From NCBI GenBank assembly GCA_963822445.1, contig CAWGHO010000002.1, forward strand, positions 1,600,001-1,664,000: a stretch of DNA of 64,000 nucleotides, read 5' to 3'. The position numbers and the translations under genes are program-made. This DNA comes from an uncultured Acidobacteriota bacterium (GTDB lineage Bacteria > Acidobacteriota > Thermoanaerobaculia > Gp7-AA8). Under the pieces are notes generated by a model. It saw nothing but the letters and a program-made list of their open reading frames with translations. It was not told the origin of the DNA and searched no databases. Position 1 is the stretch's first letter; every line of letters starts with the position of its first letter. Below are positions 18,840 through 29,793 of the stretch, piece by piece.

Positions 18840-19148
18840 TCAAACTCCGTCGGCGTCTGGATTGGCCGCGGCTGAGGCCGCCGCGTCGGAGGTGCCTTCG
18901 TACAGCGGGACGGGGTCGACGGCCAGGAAGTCTTTCGCTTTCTGGGTGATGGTGAAGCTGTCGCCCGGCGCCACGGCCTCCAGGTAGCCCTTTCGAACCA
19001 GGGAGATCGCCGGAGCCTCACCGCCGCCCGCGGGATGCTTGATGGCCTTGATGGCCTCCAGGGTCATGGTCTCGCTGTTCGTCCGCCGGAACTCCTGGAG
19101 CACCCGGATCTCGTCAGAAGTGAAGCCGCCTGGAAGGATGATTGCCAT
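18840..19148 (-). CDS. small hypothetical protein, possible winged-helix
   Basis: TSDEIRVL...SLVRKGYL.....FTITQKAKDFL pattern; TAGAAT box 8 nt before ATG. Confidence 0.65.
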   Translation of the reverse strand: MAIILPGGFTSDEIRVLQEFRRTNSETMTLEAIKAIKHPAGGGEAPAISLVRKGYLEAVAPGDSFTITQKAKDFLAVDPVPLYEGTSDAAASAAANPDADGV

Positions 19149-19182
19149 GGCGGGTGATTCTAGTACGGCGCTGGCGCGCCTC

Positions 19183-19254
19183 GCAGTGGGCAGTGGGCAG
19201 TGGGCAGTACGCAGGGGGCGGGCCTGCCTACCGCCTACTGCCTACCGCCTACTG
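19183..19254. repeat. inverted heptamer tandem array (GCAGTGG)x3-4 / (CYGCCTA)x4
   Basis: Read directly; overlaps the nei stop codon. Confidence 0.85.
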
Positions 19255-20053
19255 GTGGCGTGGGCGGCTGGCACACCGGACACCAGTACGTTCCCCGCAC
19301 GTCCTTCCCCTGTTTCCGATACGCGATCGGCGTCCCGCACTTGCGGCAAGGCTTGCCGCCGCGGCTGAACACGTACGTCGGTTGCGACGGGTCGAGGCTG
19401 AAGGTCGTGATGCGTTGGGTGGAGCGTTTCGCCACGTTCGCGAGCATCACCTTCCGCGCGGTTTTCAGCATCGTCTCGATCTGCTCGTCGGTCAGATCGC
19501 GAACCACCGTGAACGGATTGATCCGCGACATGAACAGCACCTCGGACTTGTACTCGTTGCCGATTCCCGAAACGACGCGTTGATTGAGGATCACGTCGGC
19601 GATCTCCGTGTCCGCGCGAGCGCGAATCCGCCGCCTGGCTTCGGCTGCATCGAACGTCTCGCCGAGGAAATCGGGGCCGATCTTGCGCAGGTCTTCCTGC
19701 CGATCGTCGTAAAACTCCGCGACCGGCACGTTGAACGCGACCGCCACCCAGCTGTCGGTCTCGATGGCGATGCGCATGTCACCGCGCGGCCGTCGCCAGC
19801 GCTCGCCCGGTTTGTAGATGTGCCAGGAGCCGTGCATGCGCATGTGCGTGCGCAGATGCAGGTCGCCGGAGAAGTGCATGAGCAGGTTCTTGCCCGCCGC
19901 TTCGACCGATTCGATGGTGCGGCCGGCGAGCGGCGCGTCTTCGTCGATCCGCGCGAGCTGCGGAAGCACGGTCTCGAACCGCGTGATCACCCGTCCGGCC
20001 AGCGCGATGTTCAGCGTGTTCGCCGCGCGATGGATGGTGTCGCCTTCAGGCAT
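19235..20053 (-). CDS. nei: Fpg/Nei family DNA glycosylase (endonuclease VIII-like)
   Basis: MPEGDT N-terminus, GKNLL, HMRMHGSW, H2TH GIGNEYKSE, CRKC...CPVC finger. Confidence 0.92.
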   Translation of the reverse strand: MPEGDTIHRAANTLNIALAGRVITRFETVLPQLARIDEDAPLAGRTIESVEAAGKNLLMHFSGDLHLRTHMRMHGSWHIYKPGERWRRPRGDMRIAIETDSWVAVAFNVPVAEFYDDRQEDLRKIGPDFLGETFDAAEARRRIRARADTEIADVILNQRVVSGIGNEYKSEVLFMSRINPFTVVRDLTDEQIETMLKTARKVMLANVAKRSTQRITTFSLDPSQPTYVFSRGGKPCRKCGTPIAYRKQGKDVRGTYWCPVCQPPTPPVGGRQ

Positions 20054-23000
20054 GTCTCGCCTGGACCGCGCGCAGTTGGTACCCCATCGCCGTCGGCGCG
20101 AATCCTTCTTCGACGAGGAACGGCGCGATCGCGTGGCGGCTCACCGGCTCGTCGTTCACTTCCGTGATCAGCATCGCCCGCCGTGGCCCGTCGGTGACGA
20201 GCGAGGCGAGCATTCGCGCAACGGCCCGCGCGACATGCGACCGTAGCGGCTCATCCTCGGGCAGAAAGACGATGAGTTGCTTCTCGCCGCGCGAGATGTA
20301 GCAGGCCATCAGCCCGTTCACGAGGATCACCTGCGCGCCGACGCTGCGCGACAGCGTCCACTTCGACTCCGGCCATTTCACGATCGCGCCGTACGGATTC
20401 GCGGGATCGGTCGCGGACAGCATCACCGCCTCCGTGTCCTCGGGTTCGTGGCGCAATGACCGCAGAAGATCGATGGCGCCGCCCGTGGCGAACTGCGTCG
20501 CACCGAGTCCGGCGACGAAATAACCGCGGCGGATCCGTCCCGCTTCTTCGAGCGCCCTCAGAATCGGATAAACCGCCGAAAAACCGCCGTAGATGTTCTC
20601 GAGCGCCGGCGCCTCGCGCGTCACCACGCCGTAGCGAGCGAGGAGCTGATGCGCGATCGCGTTTGCGCGCTGCGTGTCGTTGGTCGATGCGGGCGGGACG
20701 AGCGACCAGCGCCCCTGCGTCGACGGCGGCGCAACGCGTCTCGAGCGAAATCCACTGCCGCGCGGTTGCGCGGCGTGCTCTTCTTCGCGGCCCCGCGAGT
20801 GAATGCGCGAAGCGCGTGGAAGGTGTCGTTGGTGACTGCGCCTTTCCAGACCAGATCCCAGACCGAGTTCACCAGCTCGTGCGGGAAACCACCCAGAGCC
20901 GCCTGGATCTGGTTGAAGAACGAGGCGCCGTGCGTGCGCAGATACTCGACGAATCGCCGACTCCTCGGCAGGCTGCGGTTGATGCAGCAGCGCCAGGTGA
21001 TCGGTGAGATAGACGGCGATGCGGCCGTCGCGGTCGCCGAGAGGCTCGACGCCGACCCAGACGATCTCGCCGGCCGCGCTCAGGGTGTCGAGATCGGATG
21101 GCTTGTAGTTCTCGATGCGCGCCGCGAGGATCTCGCTCTCGAAAATCGACGCGGCCATGGGGAAGCCCTGCAGCGACTCGACGACTTCGAGAATCGCGTC
21201 GAGACCACGGCGCTCGCCGCATGATGCCCTGCCAGTTCGTGAAGAGCCGCGCCAGCACGCGGCTGATCGACAGGCTCCGCTTCCTTGCGCAGTTTCGCCA
21301 GCGAGCGGCGGCGGATCGATGCGAAGGACTTCGTTGTCGCACCACTCCCGTTGTGTGCCGCCGGGACGAAACTCGCCTTCGATGAAGCGACCGCGCTCGA
21401 CGAACCGCTCCAGCGCGAGGGTGATGACGGCGATGCCGAGTCCGTAGCGGCGCGCGACGTCGTGCGGTGTGAACGGACCGTGCGTGCGGGCAAAGCGCAG
21501 AACGAGATCGCCGATCGGATCGGCAACTGGTTGCAGATAGCGCTCGGCGATTCCCGCCGGCATCGGTGTACCGAGTGCGTCGCGGTAGCGGGAAATGTCC
21601 TCGACGGCGATGAAGCGTTTCTCGCGGGCGATGGGGATCTCGACGATGCGGCGTTGTTTGAGGAGGTCCTTCAGGTGCGGCTGCAGGCGTCTCGCCTGCC
21701 ACACGGGCTGCAATCTCCTCTTCGGTCAGATCCCCGAACCGCAGCAACAGATCGTGAATCGCATCCGCATTCCGCGCCTTTCGCTCCTCGGTCAGATGCT
21801 GCAGCTCGAGCTCCGTCTGCTCGAGCGCGTCGGGATCGAGCAACTCCCGCAGCTCCGGCTCGCCAAGCAATTCGCGAAGCTGCGACTGGTCGATGGCCAG
21901 CGCCTGCGCACGCCGCTCGGCGAGCGGTGCGTCGCCGTCATACAGAAAATTCGCAACATAGCGGAAGAGCACTGACGCCGCGAACGGCGACGGCTTGGCC
22001 GTATCCGCGGTGTGCACGTGGATCGTGCGCTGGCGGATCGTCTTCGCGATCTCGACCAGGGCCTGCACATCGAAGACGTCGCGGAGCGTCTCGCGATAGG
22101 CCTCGAGGATGATCGGGAACGACCCGAATCGCGACGCGACCTGCAGCAGGTCGTACGCGCGTTTGCGCTGCTGCCACATCGGCGTGCGGCCCTGCGCTCG
22201 GCGGCGCGGCAGCAGCAACGCGCGCGCCGCGGCCTCGCGGAACTTCGCCGCGAACATCGAGCTCGCTCCGAGCTGCCGCAGGAGCAGCTGCTCGATCTCA
22301 TCGGGATCGGGCAGCACCAGCTCCGCGGCCGGAGGCTTGTCCGTCTCGGGGAAGCGGATGATGAAGCCGTCGTCGCTCCACATCGATTCGACGTCGATGG
22401 CCAGCTCCGCGCGCACTTTCGCGGTCACGGCCATGGCCCACGGCGCGTGAATCTTTCCGCCGAACGGCGTGAGCACGCAGACGCGCCAGTCGCCCAGCTC
22501 GTCCATCACCCGCTCGATGACGATCGTGCGATCGTCCGGGACCGCGCCGGTGGCTTCCTGCTGGTCGGCGAGGTACTGCAGAAAATTCTCGGCCGCGTCT
22601 TTGTCGAGATCGTGTCTCGTGACGAGACGTTTGATCGCCGCGTCGCGCTTGGTCTCGCGAATCTCGCGCACGAGCTTTCCGATCGCCTCGCCGAAGGGGA
22701 CGGTGCGCTCGGCGGCGTCGGCTTTCCAGAACGGCATCTTCCCCGGCTGTCCCGGCGCGGGCGTGACGATCACTTTGTCGTGCGTGATCTCTTCGATGCG
22801 CCAGGTCGATGCGCCGAGGACGAAAGTCTCGCCGGCGGAGGCCTCGAAGACCATCTCTTCATCGAGCTCGCCGACGCGCGCGGATTGGTTCTTCTCCGTG
22901 CCGGCCAGGAAAACGCCGTACAGGCCGCGGTCGGGGATCGTCCCGCCGCTGGTGATGGCGATGCGCTTCGAGCCCAGGCGCGCGGTGACCATATTCGCAA

Positions 23001-24564
23001 CGCGATCCCACGTCAGGCGCGGCCGCAACTCCGCGAATTCGTCCGACGGGTAGAGGCCGGAGAGCATGTCCATCACGCCGTCGAACGCGGTGCGCGACAG
23101 CTCGGCATACGGCGCGGCGCTGCGGATCGCGGCGTACAGATCGTCGACGTTCCAGTCGTCGATCGCGACCATGGCCACGATCTGCTGCGACGAGGACGTC
23201 GAGCGGATTCCGCGGATACCGCGTCGGTTCGATCGTCCCCTCATGCATCGCCTCAGCGACAGCAGCGCAGGCCACGAGATCGCCGCGGAACTTCGGGAAG
23301 ATGATGCCGCTCGACTCCGCGCCGACCTGGTGGCTCGCGCGTCCGATCCGCTGCATGCCCGAGGCGATGGATGGCGGTGCTTCGATCTGGATGACGAGAT
23401 CGATGGCGCCCATGTCGATCCCAGCTCCAGCGAGGACGTGGCCACGAGCGCGGGCAACCGTCCCGATTTGAGGTTGTCCTCGATCTCGACGCGTTGCGCG
23501 CGAGCGATCGAGCCGTGATGCGCCTGCACGAGCGTCTCGCCGGCCAGCTCGTTGATCGCACCCGCGAGCCGCTCCGCAAGCCGTCGCGAGTTGACGAAGA
23601 TCAGTGTCGACGTGTGCGCGCGAATGAGCTCGAGCAATCGCGGATGAATGGCCGGCCAGATGGAAGGCGAGCGCGGACCGAGCGCCGCGGGTCCGCTCTG
23701 GATCTCCGTCTCCGCCGCCAGCTTGGCCATGTCCTCGACCGGGACTTCGACTTGAGCGTGAGCTTTTTCTTTTCGCCGGTGTCGATGATGGTGACCGGGC
23801 GGAAGGTGGCGTGGGTGCGGTCGGCCTTCGAATTCGTCGTGGAGCTGGTGTCGGGTTGTCCGGTTGTCGGTTTGCAGGTGTTTTCACCCGAGAACCCGAC
23901 AACCCGACAACCTGACGACCCCCTAGGAAACTGCGCAACCTCTTCGAGTGGCCTCTGCGTCGCCGACAGCCCGATCCTCTGCGGCTGCTTGTCGCAGCGC
24001 ATCGCCAGGCGTTCGAGCGAGACGGCCATGTGCGCGCCGCGCTTGTTCGGGACGAGCGCGTGGATCTCGTCGATGATGATCGTCTCGATGCCGCGCAGGA
24101 CGTCGCGCGCGTTCGAGGTCGCAGGAGGTACAGCGACTCGGGCGTGGTGATGAGGATGTCCGCCGGGTCGCGGGCGAATTTCGCGCGTTCCGATTGCGGC
24201 GTGTCGCCGGTGCGGGTGGCGATCTCGGGGATCGTGAATTCGTCGCCGCGGGCGCTGGCGACGTTCGAGATTCCGGCCAGCGGCGCGCGCAGGTTTCGCT
24301 CGACGTCGACGGCCAGTGCTTTCAGCGGTGAGACATAGATGCACCCGGCAGCGGCGCTCTTTCGGCGGGCGCGGGCGTGAACATCAGGCGGTCGAGCGCC
24401 CAGAGGAACGCCGTCAGGGTTTTGCCGCTCCGGTGGGCGCCATGATCAGCGTCCAGTCCCCGCTGGCGATGGCCGGCCAGCCCTGTTGCTGGGCCTTCGT
24501 CGGCGAACGCGAACGAGGCCGCAAACCACTCCCGCACAGCAGGATGAAAGACGTCGAGTGTCAT
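20046..24564 (-). CDS. lhr: Lhr-family large ATP-dependent helicase, broken by roughly ten or more single-base frameshifts (probably assembly errors)
   Basis: Segments across frames: FHPAVREWF, GKTLTAFL, DEIHAL..KRG, GLSATQRP, FVNSRRLAE, HHGS, ATSSLELG, GGTIPDRGLY, GELDEEMV, and C-terminal RRGYFVAGLGATQFA, ATDPANPYG; coupled to nei. Confidence 0.85.
23847..23922. repeat. inverted octamer tandem array (GGTTGTCG-like / CCCGACAA-like) inside the lhr coding region
   Basis: ggtgtcgg gttgtccg gttgtcgg tttgcagg ... cccgagaa cccgacaa cccgacaa cctgacga. Confidence 0.8.
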
Positions 24565-24680
24565 GTCTGCTTTGGGAGTGCGCGGCATAGTGAGCGTCGT
24601 CACGCTGCTGGACAACCTCTGTGACCGCTGCAAGAATAGTGGCCAGTCCCCAAAGGCATGAAGCGGGTGAAGGACGGGCG

Positions 24681-25446
24681 ATGCGGCTGAAGGTGCTCGG
24701 CGCGTATGGAGCGTCGGATGCAGAACACAATCTGACCGGGTACCTGATCGACGACTGGTTCGCAGTCGACGCCGGGACACTGACGTCGAAGTTGTCGTTC
24801 GCGCAGCAGGCCCGCGTTCAGGCGGTGTTCATCACGCATCCCGCACGCCGATCACATCCGCGATCTTCCCCACCTGATTCACAACCGCTTCGCCAGACCG
24901 CCGGCCCGCTCACGATCTTCGCGTCGAAAGAGGTGATGGACCTTCTCTCTCGCGACGTCTTCAACGGCTGCGTGTGGCCCGACTTCTCCGAGATCATCTC
25001 GCCGCTGACCGGCAAGCCCGCCGTGCAATATCGTTCGCTCACGCCCGGCAAACGCATCGTCTTCAACGACGTCGGCATCACCGCCGTCTCCGTCGATCAC
25101 CAGATCCCCGCCGCCGGCTGCATCCTGGAGATGAACGGCCAGACCATCGTCTTCACCGGCGACACCGGCCCCACGAACGAGATCTGGAAGCGGACCAACA
25201 AATGCCAGAACGTGGTCGCGGTCGTGACCGAAGCGTCGTTCCCGAACGATCAGCAGGCGCTGGCCGACCGAGACCGCGCACCTCTCGCCGAATACGTTCG
25301 GCGAAGAGCTGAAGAAGATCACCGTCGACGCGCCGGTCTACGCCAGCCATCGCAAGATCCCGTACGAGCGCGACATCGAATCGCAGATCCGGAACCTGCG
25401 CGACCGCAGGGCGAGGGTGTTGCTGGAGAAGAATTACACGCTCTAG
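24681..25446 (+). CDS. metallo-beta-lactamase-fold class II cyclic-nucleotide phosphodiesterase-like protein; frameshifts near 24843, 24893 and 25270
   Basis: MRLKVLGAYG, VDAGT, THPHADH after removing one C, FNGCVWPDF, VDHQIP, FTGDTGPT, EASFPN; TAG 25444-25446. Confidence 0.78.
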
Positions 25447-27401
25447 CGGATCCCCAGTTCCTCGTAAATCTCCCTCGGATCAAACACCTTCCCGTCCTTC
25501 ACCACCTTCACCACGCGCCGGATGTCGCTGATGTTCTGCGTCGGGTCGCCGTCGACGAGGACGAAATCCGCGAGCTTGCCCGGCTCGATCGTGCCAAGGT
25601 CCTTGTCGCGCTTCGTCACTTCCGCGGCGGTGAGCGTCGCGATGCGAAGCACGTCTTTCGGAGCGATGCCGGCCTGCACGTACAGCTCGAGCTCGCGATG
25701 CAGGGTGAATCCGGACAAGCCGTCGGTGCCGGCCACGATGGTGACACCGCCGTTGTGCATCGCGCCGATCATCTCCACCATCTTTTTGAATGACGCGCGA
25801 TACCGCTCGTCCATCCCTTCAGGCACGGGCAGGCCCCCGGTGACGAACCAGCGCCGGACCTGCGGCGGCATGCGGTCGACGATCATCGCGTAGCTCGGCG
25901 ACGGTGTGCCGAGGCGTGAGGTGAACATGTTCTCGAAGACGGTCACCGTCGGATCGACGACCACGCCGCGCTCCTTCAGTTTCGCGATGAACGCGCGCAC
26001 CTCCGCGGAATTCAGATCGAGATCGGCGCCGCGCTTCGCCGGCTCGGTGAATCGCGCCGGCGTGCGCGTGTCGGTCACGTCGGGCATGAAGTTGAGGAAG
26101 AGCATATTGACGTGCTGGATCTCGTCGTAGCCCGCATCGACGGCATCGGCCGCACGCATCCCCGCGGGAATGTGACCGCTGACGCGAAGGCCGTGATCGT
26201 GCGCGTACTTCGTCATGAACGGCACGAGCTCGGGCTTGATGGAGCTGTAGATCTTGATGCCCTCGTACTTGCGCTCGACGTAGAAATCGATGGCCTTCTT
26301 CGCCGCCTCCTCGTCGCCGGCCAGGATGTTGATCGGTCCCTGGAACGGTCCCGGTCCGTCGATCAGACCGGACAAGACGATCCGCGGGCCGACGGCTTCG
26401 CCGGCGTCGATCTTCTGCTTTAGGTCGAGGAGGGTGTCGCTGTCGTTGCCGAGGTCGCGGGCGGAGGTGATGCCGGCGGCGATGTTGAGGAGGCCGTCGG
26501 TGTCGGACATGTGCGTGTGCATGTCCCAGAGGCCGGGCAGGAGCACCTTGCCGTTGGCGTTGACGACGTCCGCCGCGTTCCACTCGATGGGCGTGCCCAT
26601 CGAGTGAATGCGATTGCCCTCGACGTTGACGATGGTCGGCGTGGAGAGCGTTCCCGTGCGCGGATCGAAGACGCGCGCGTTGACGATGCTCAGGCGGTTC
26701 GCTGTCGGCGTATGCGTGAATCGTTTTGCCAGCTCGCCGATCCGCGCTGCGGCGCGCTTGTCCTGCGCCTCGATCAGCTGCTTCGCCTCGGCCTCGAACC
26801 CCTCGCGAATGGTCGACGACCAGGCGGAGACGCTCCCGAAGAGATTGAGATCGTCATCGAGCCAGACTTCGAATGGCGTGAATCCCAGTCCGCCGATCTC
26901 GTACGCGGTGACATGCGTGCCCTTGACCGTTTCCTCGCCGACTTTGCGGATCGTCGCCTCGCCGCTGGGATAGACCGGCAATGTTCCCCCGGCCCTGATC
27001 AGCGCCTTCGCCATGATCCCCACTTCCTCGGGCGCCCCGTACACGCTGGCGTAAAAGCCGCCGCTCTTCGCTTCGCCGGCTTCCGCGGAGTTCTTCCATT
27101 TCGCGAGGCCGTTCTCGGTCGAGAACTGCTCGCTGACGGGCTGCTTCATGTAGTCGTTGCCGGCGATGGTCATCGACAGCGGGATGCCGCGCTCGTCGAG
27201 TTTGATCACCGAGTGTGTCTTCGGACCGCGCCCGCGATCGTTGAATTCGTAGTCGACGGTCATCTCTTCGCCGCGCGTCATGACGACCTGTTTGCCCGCG
27301 ACGTTCGTGCTCATCAGGACTGTGTAGCTTCGGGTCGGCGTGTCTCGTGCCGGCTGGTGGGCGCAGGCGGTGACGAGGAGGAGCGCGATGACGGTTCGCA
27401 T
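25443..27401 (-). CDS. amidohydrolase-family lipoprotein
   Basis: Lipobox VTAC; PGLWDMHTH, KIY, VSGH, EIQH, AGTD, GTIEPGKLADFVLVDGDP. Confidence 0.88.
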   Translation of the reverse strand: MRTVIALLLVTACAHQPARDTPTRSYTVLMSTNVAGKQVVMTRGEEMTVDYEFNDRGRGPKTHSVIKLDERGIPLSMTIAGNDYMKQPVSEQFSTENGLAKWKNSAEAGEAKSGGFYASVYGAPEEVGIMAKALIRAGGTLPVYPSGEATIRKVGEETVKGTHVTAYEIGGLGFTPFEVWLDDDLNLFGSVSAWSSTIREGFEAEAKQLIEAQDKRAAARIGELAKRFTHTPTANRLSIVNARVFDPRTGTLSTPTIVNVEGNRIHSMGTPIEWNAADVVNANGKVLLPGLWDMHTHMSDTDGLLNIAAGITSARDLGNDSDTLLDLKQKIDAGEAVGPRIVLSGLIDGPGPFQGPINILAGDEEAAKKAIDFYVERKYEGIKIYSSIKPELVPFMTKYAHDHGLRVSGHIPAGMRAADAVDAGYDEIQHVNMLFLNFMPDVTDTRTPARFTEPAKRGADLDLNSAEVRAFIAKLKERGVVVDPTVTVFENMFTSRLGTPSPSYAMIVDRMPPQVRRWFVTGGLPVPEGMDERYRASFKKMVEMIGAMHNGGVTIVAGTDGLSGFTLHRELELYVQAGIAPKDVLRIATLTAAEVTKRDKDLGTIEPGKLADFVLVDGDPTQNISDIRRVVKVVKDGKVFDPREIYEELGIR

Positions 27402-27407
27402 TCGCGA

Positions 27408-27581
27408 GATTCTAAGGGGAACGACGGGAGGCCTCCGGCGGGCCGGCCACGGGCCGGCAGCGCTGATGTTGGCGTGAACGCGTTCCGCGCTAGCTCCGAC
27501 GAGTTCGGCAGAAGGCACAACCAGCGGATGCCGGCCCGTGGCCGGCCCGCCGGAGGCCCCTCGTCGTTCCCCTTTAGAATC
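27408..27581. repeat. 174-bp inverted-repeat element (MITE/REPIN-like), about 52-bp arms, outward TAGAAT box at each end
   Basis: 27408-27459 is a near-perfect reverse complement of 27529-27581. Confidence 0.85.
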
Positions 27582-27589
27582 ACACCGCG

Positions 27590-28429
27590 ATGCGCCCGCC
27601 GGTCACCGCCCTGATCCACACGCTCAACGAGATCGAGAACATCGAGGACTGTCTCCGCTCGGTCGAATGGGCGGACGAGATCTATCTGATGGACTCCTTC
27701 TCGACCGACGGCACGATCGAGCTCGTCCGCAAGACCTTCCCCCGAGTCCGCATCGAACAGCGCGAATACCTCGGCGCAGCCTCACAGAAAAACTACGCCA
27801 TCGACCGCGCCGCGAACGACTGGATCTTCGTCATCGACGCCGACGAGCGGATCACACCGGAACTGCGCACGGAGTTGCTGCGGACGCTCGAAGGACCGCT
27901 GACTTACTGGGCGTACTCGGTCGGCCGCCGCAATTTCATGTTGGGGAAGGAAGTGAAGTACTCCGGCCTGCAGCGCGACCGCGTGACGCGTCTCTTTCAT
28001 CGCGGTCATGCGCGCTACCCGAACAAACGCGTGCACGCCGACCTGCTCGTCGACGGCGAGACCGGGCATCTGCGGCAGAAGATGCTGCACTTCTACATCC
28101 GCACCTTCGATCACATGATCGCGAAGATGACCCGCTACGCGAACTGGGGCGCGGCGCAGATGTACATCGACGGGAAGACCACGAGCGTGTGGGGCATCTT
28201 CAGCCATCCGTTCGGCAAGTTCGTGCGCGACTACATCCTCAATGGCGGATTTCTCGACGGCTCGCGCGGCCTGATCTCCGTCGGCATGCACGTCTACTAC
28301 ACGTTCTGGAAGTACGCGAAGCTGTGGGAGCTGACGCAGCTGCGGAAGCTCGGCAAACCGGTGCCGCTGCCGTCGCTCGATGAGTCGGAGGAGCGCTGGG
28401 AATTGCCGTGGGAGAAGAAGGCGACTTAG
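27590..28429 (+). CDS. glycosyltransferase family 2 (WaaE/KdtX-like)
   Basis: TLNEIENIEDCLRSV, DSFSTDGT, QKNYA, WIFVIDADE, VH, GGFLDG..G. Confidence 0.9.
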   Translation: MRPPVTALIHTLNEIENIEDCLRSVEWADEIYLMDSFSTDGTIELVRKTFPRVRIEQREYLGAASQKNYAIDRAANDWIFVIDADERITPELRTELLRTLEGPLTYWAYSVGRRNFMLGKEVKYSGLQRDRVTRLFHRGHARYPNKRVHADLLVDGETGHLRQKMLHFYIRTFDHMIAKMTRYANWGAAQMYIDGKTTSVWGIFSHPFGKFVRDYILNGGFLDGSRGLISVGMHVYYTFWKYAKLWELTQLRKLGKPVPLPSLDESEERWELPWEKKAT

Positions 28430-29688
28430 TCGACCGCTTCCACGTTCACCCGCAACCCCTCCACGCTTCGAATCCGAACGCGCGATCCTTCGGCGATGGC
28501 GCTGCTCGCCGTCGCGTTCCAGAGCTCGCCGCGTACGAAGACTTTCCCGTCTGCGGCGACGGGCGTGCGCGCGACGCCGACCTCGCCGATCATCGCCTCG
28601 CTGCCGGTGACGACCGGGTTCTTGTGTGCTCGCAACACGAGTGTCATCAGAAACACAGCGATCGCGCCGATGGGGATGCTCACCGCGAGCGCGGTCAGGA
28701 ACTTCACGCGCATCTCCGGAATCGGTCCGTCGACGAGCAGCATCGCTCCGACGATCATGCAGATCACGCCTCCGGTGCCGAGGATGCCGTACGACGTGAA
28801 TTTCGCTTCCAGGGCGAACAGGGCGAAGGCGGCGAGGATCAGCGCGAAGGCCGCGAAACGCGTCGGCAGCAGATTGAGGGCGAAGACGGAGAGCAGGATC
28901 GCGATCAGACCGACCACGCCCGGGAGGATCGCGCCGGGATGATTGAACTCGGCCCACAGCGCGAGCATGCCCAGGGACATCAGAATGAAGGCGACGTTCG
29001 GATCCATGATCCAGGAGAGGACGCGCTGCTTGAGCGTCATCTCGTACTTTGTCAGCGGCTGGCCGGTCAGCTTCAGCACCGAGGTCGTTCCGTTGAAGCG
29101 CCTGACCGTCCGGCCGTCGGCCCATTTCACGAGCGAAGGGATGTCCGCGGCCACGACTTCGATCAGCTTCTGCGCGAGGGCCTCGTCTTCGGTGAACGAC
29201 TTCGCCTGACGCACGCCGCTTTCAGCCGCGGCGACGTTGCGGCCGCGGCGGTGGGCGAGGCTGCGGATCAGCGCCGCGGCGTCCTCCTGCATCTTCATCT
29301 TCATGATGTCGTCGAGCTTCTCGCCGAAGAGCACGGGATGGGCGGCGCCGGTGTTGGTGCCGGGAGCCATCGAGGCGATGTCCGCGGCTTCGAGGATGAA
29401 AAAGCCGGCTGACGCCGCGCGGGAGCCGCTCGGGCCGACCCAGATGATCACCGGGACCGGCGACTTGATGATCTTCTCCACGATCTCGCGCATCGAGGTC
29501 TCGAGACCGCCGGGCGTGCGCAGCTCGATGATCACCGCCGAGGCTTTTTTCGCCGCTGCCTCGTCGAGCGCGCGGCCGAGGAACTCGTCGCTGATCGGAT
29601 GAATGATGTCGTCGAGCTCGACGTGGATCACGTCGGCGTTTGCGACGAACGCGAAGAGCAGCAGGACCGCGGAGAGCAGGAATCGCAT
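28426..29688 (-). CDS. nfeD: NfeD-family membrane-bound serine protease (long form)
   Basis: TPGGL, RAASAG, APGTNTGAAHPV, EFNHPG TM block, GKVFVRGELWNA OB-fold. Confidence 0.92.
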   Translation of the reverse strand: MRFLLSAVLLLFAFVANADVIHVELDDIIHPISDEFLGRALDEAAAKKASAVIIELRTPGGLETSMREIVEKIIKSPVPVIIWVGPSGSRAASAGFFILEAADIASMAPGTNTGAAHPVLFGEKLDDIMKMKMQEDAAALIRSLAHRRGRNVAAAESGVRQAKSFTEDEALAQKLIEVVAADIPSLVKWADGRTVRRFNGTTSVLKLTGQPLTKYEMTLKQRVLSWIMDPNVAFILMSLGMLALWAEFNHPGAILPGVVGLIAILLSVFALNLLPTRFAAFALILAAFALFALEAKFTSYGILGTGGVICMIVGAMLLVDGPIPEMRVKFLTALAVSIPIGAIAVFLMTLVLRAHKNPVVTGSEAMIGEVGVARTPVAADGKVFVRGELWNATASSAIAEGSRVRIRSVEGLRVNVEAVD

Positions 29689-29693
29689 TGACG

Positions 29694-29793
29694 AGTCGTT
29701 AGTCGTTAGTGGTTAGTCGTTAGTAGAACGAACGGGTTTCACGCATGTTCGTTCTCAGTCTACTAACGACTAACGACTAACCACTAACGACTA
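29694..29793. repeat. inverted heptamer tandem array (AGTCGTT)x4 / (AACGACT)x4 with inner AGAACGAAC/GTTCGTTCT stem
   Basis: Fills the dnaB-nfeD gap and includes the dnaB stop codon. Confidence 0.9.

Noticed and set aside
29694-29793. Heptamer arrays as CRISPR arrays
   Set aside because: Units are 7-8 bp, directly adjacent and inverted, with no unique spacers and no cas genes.
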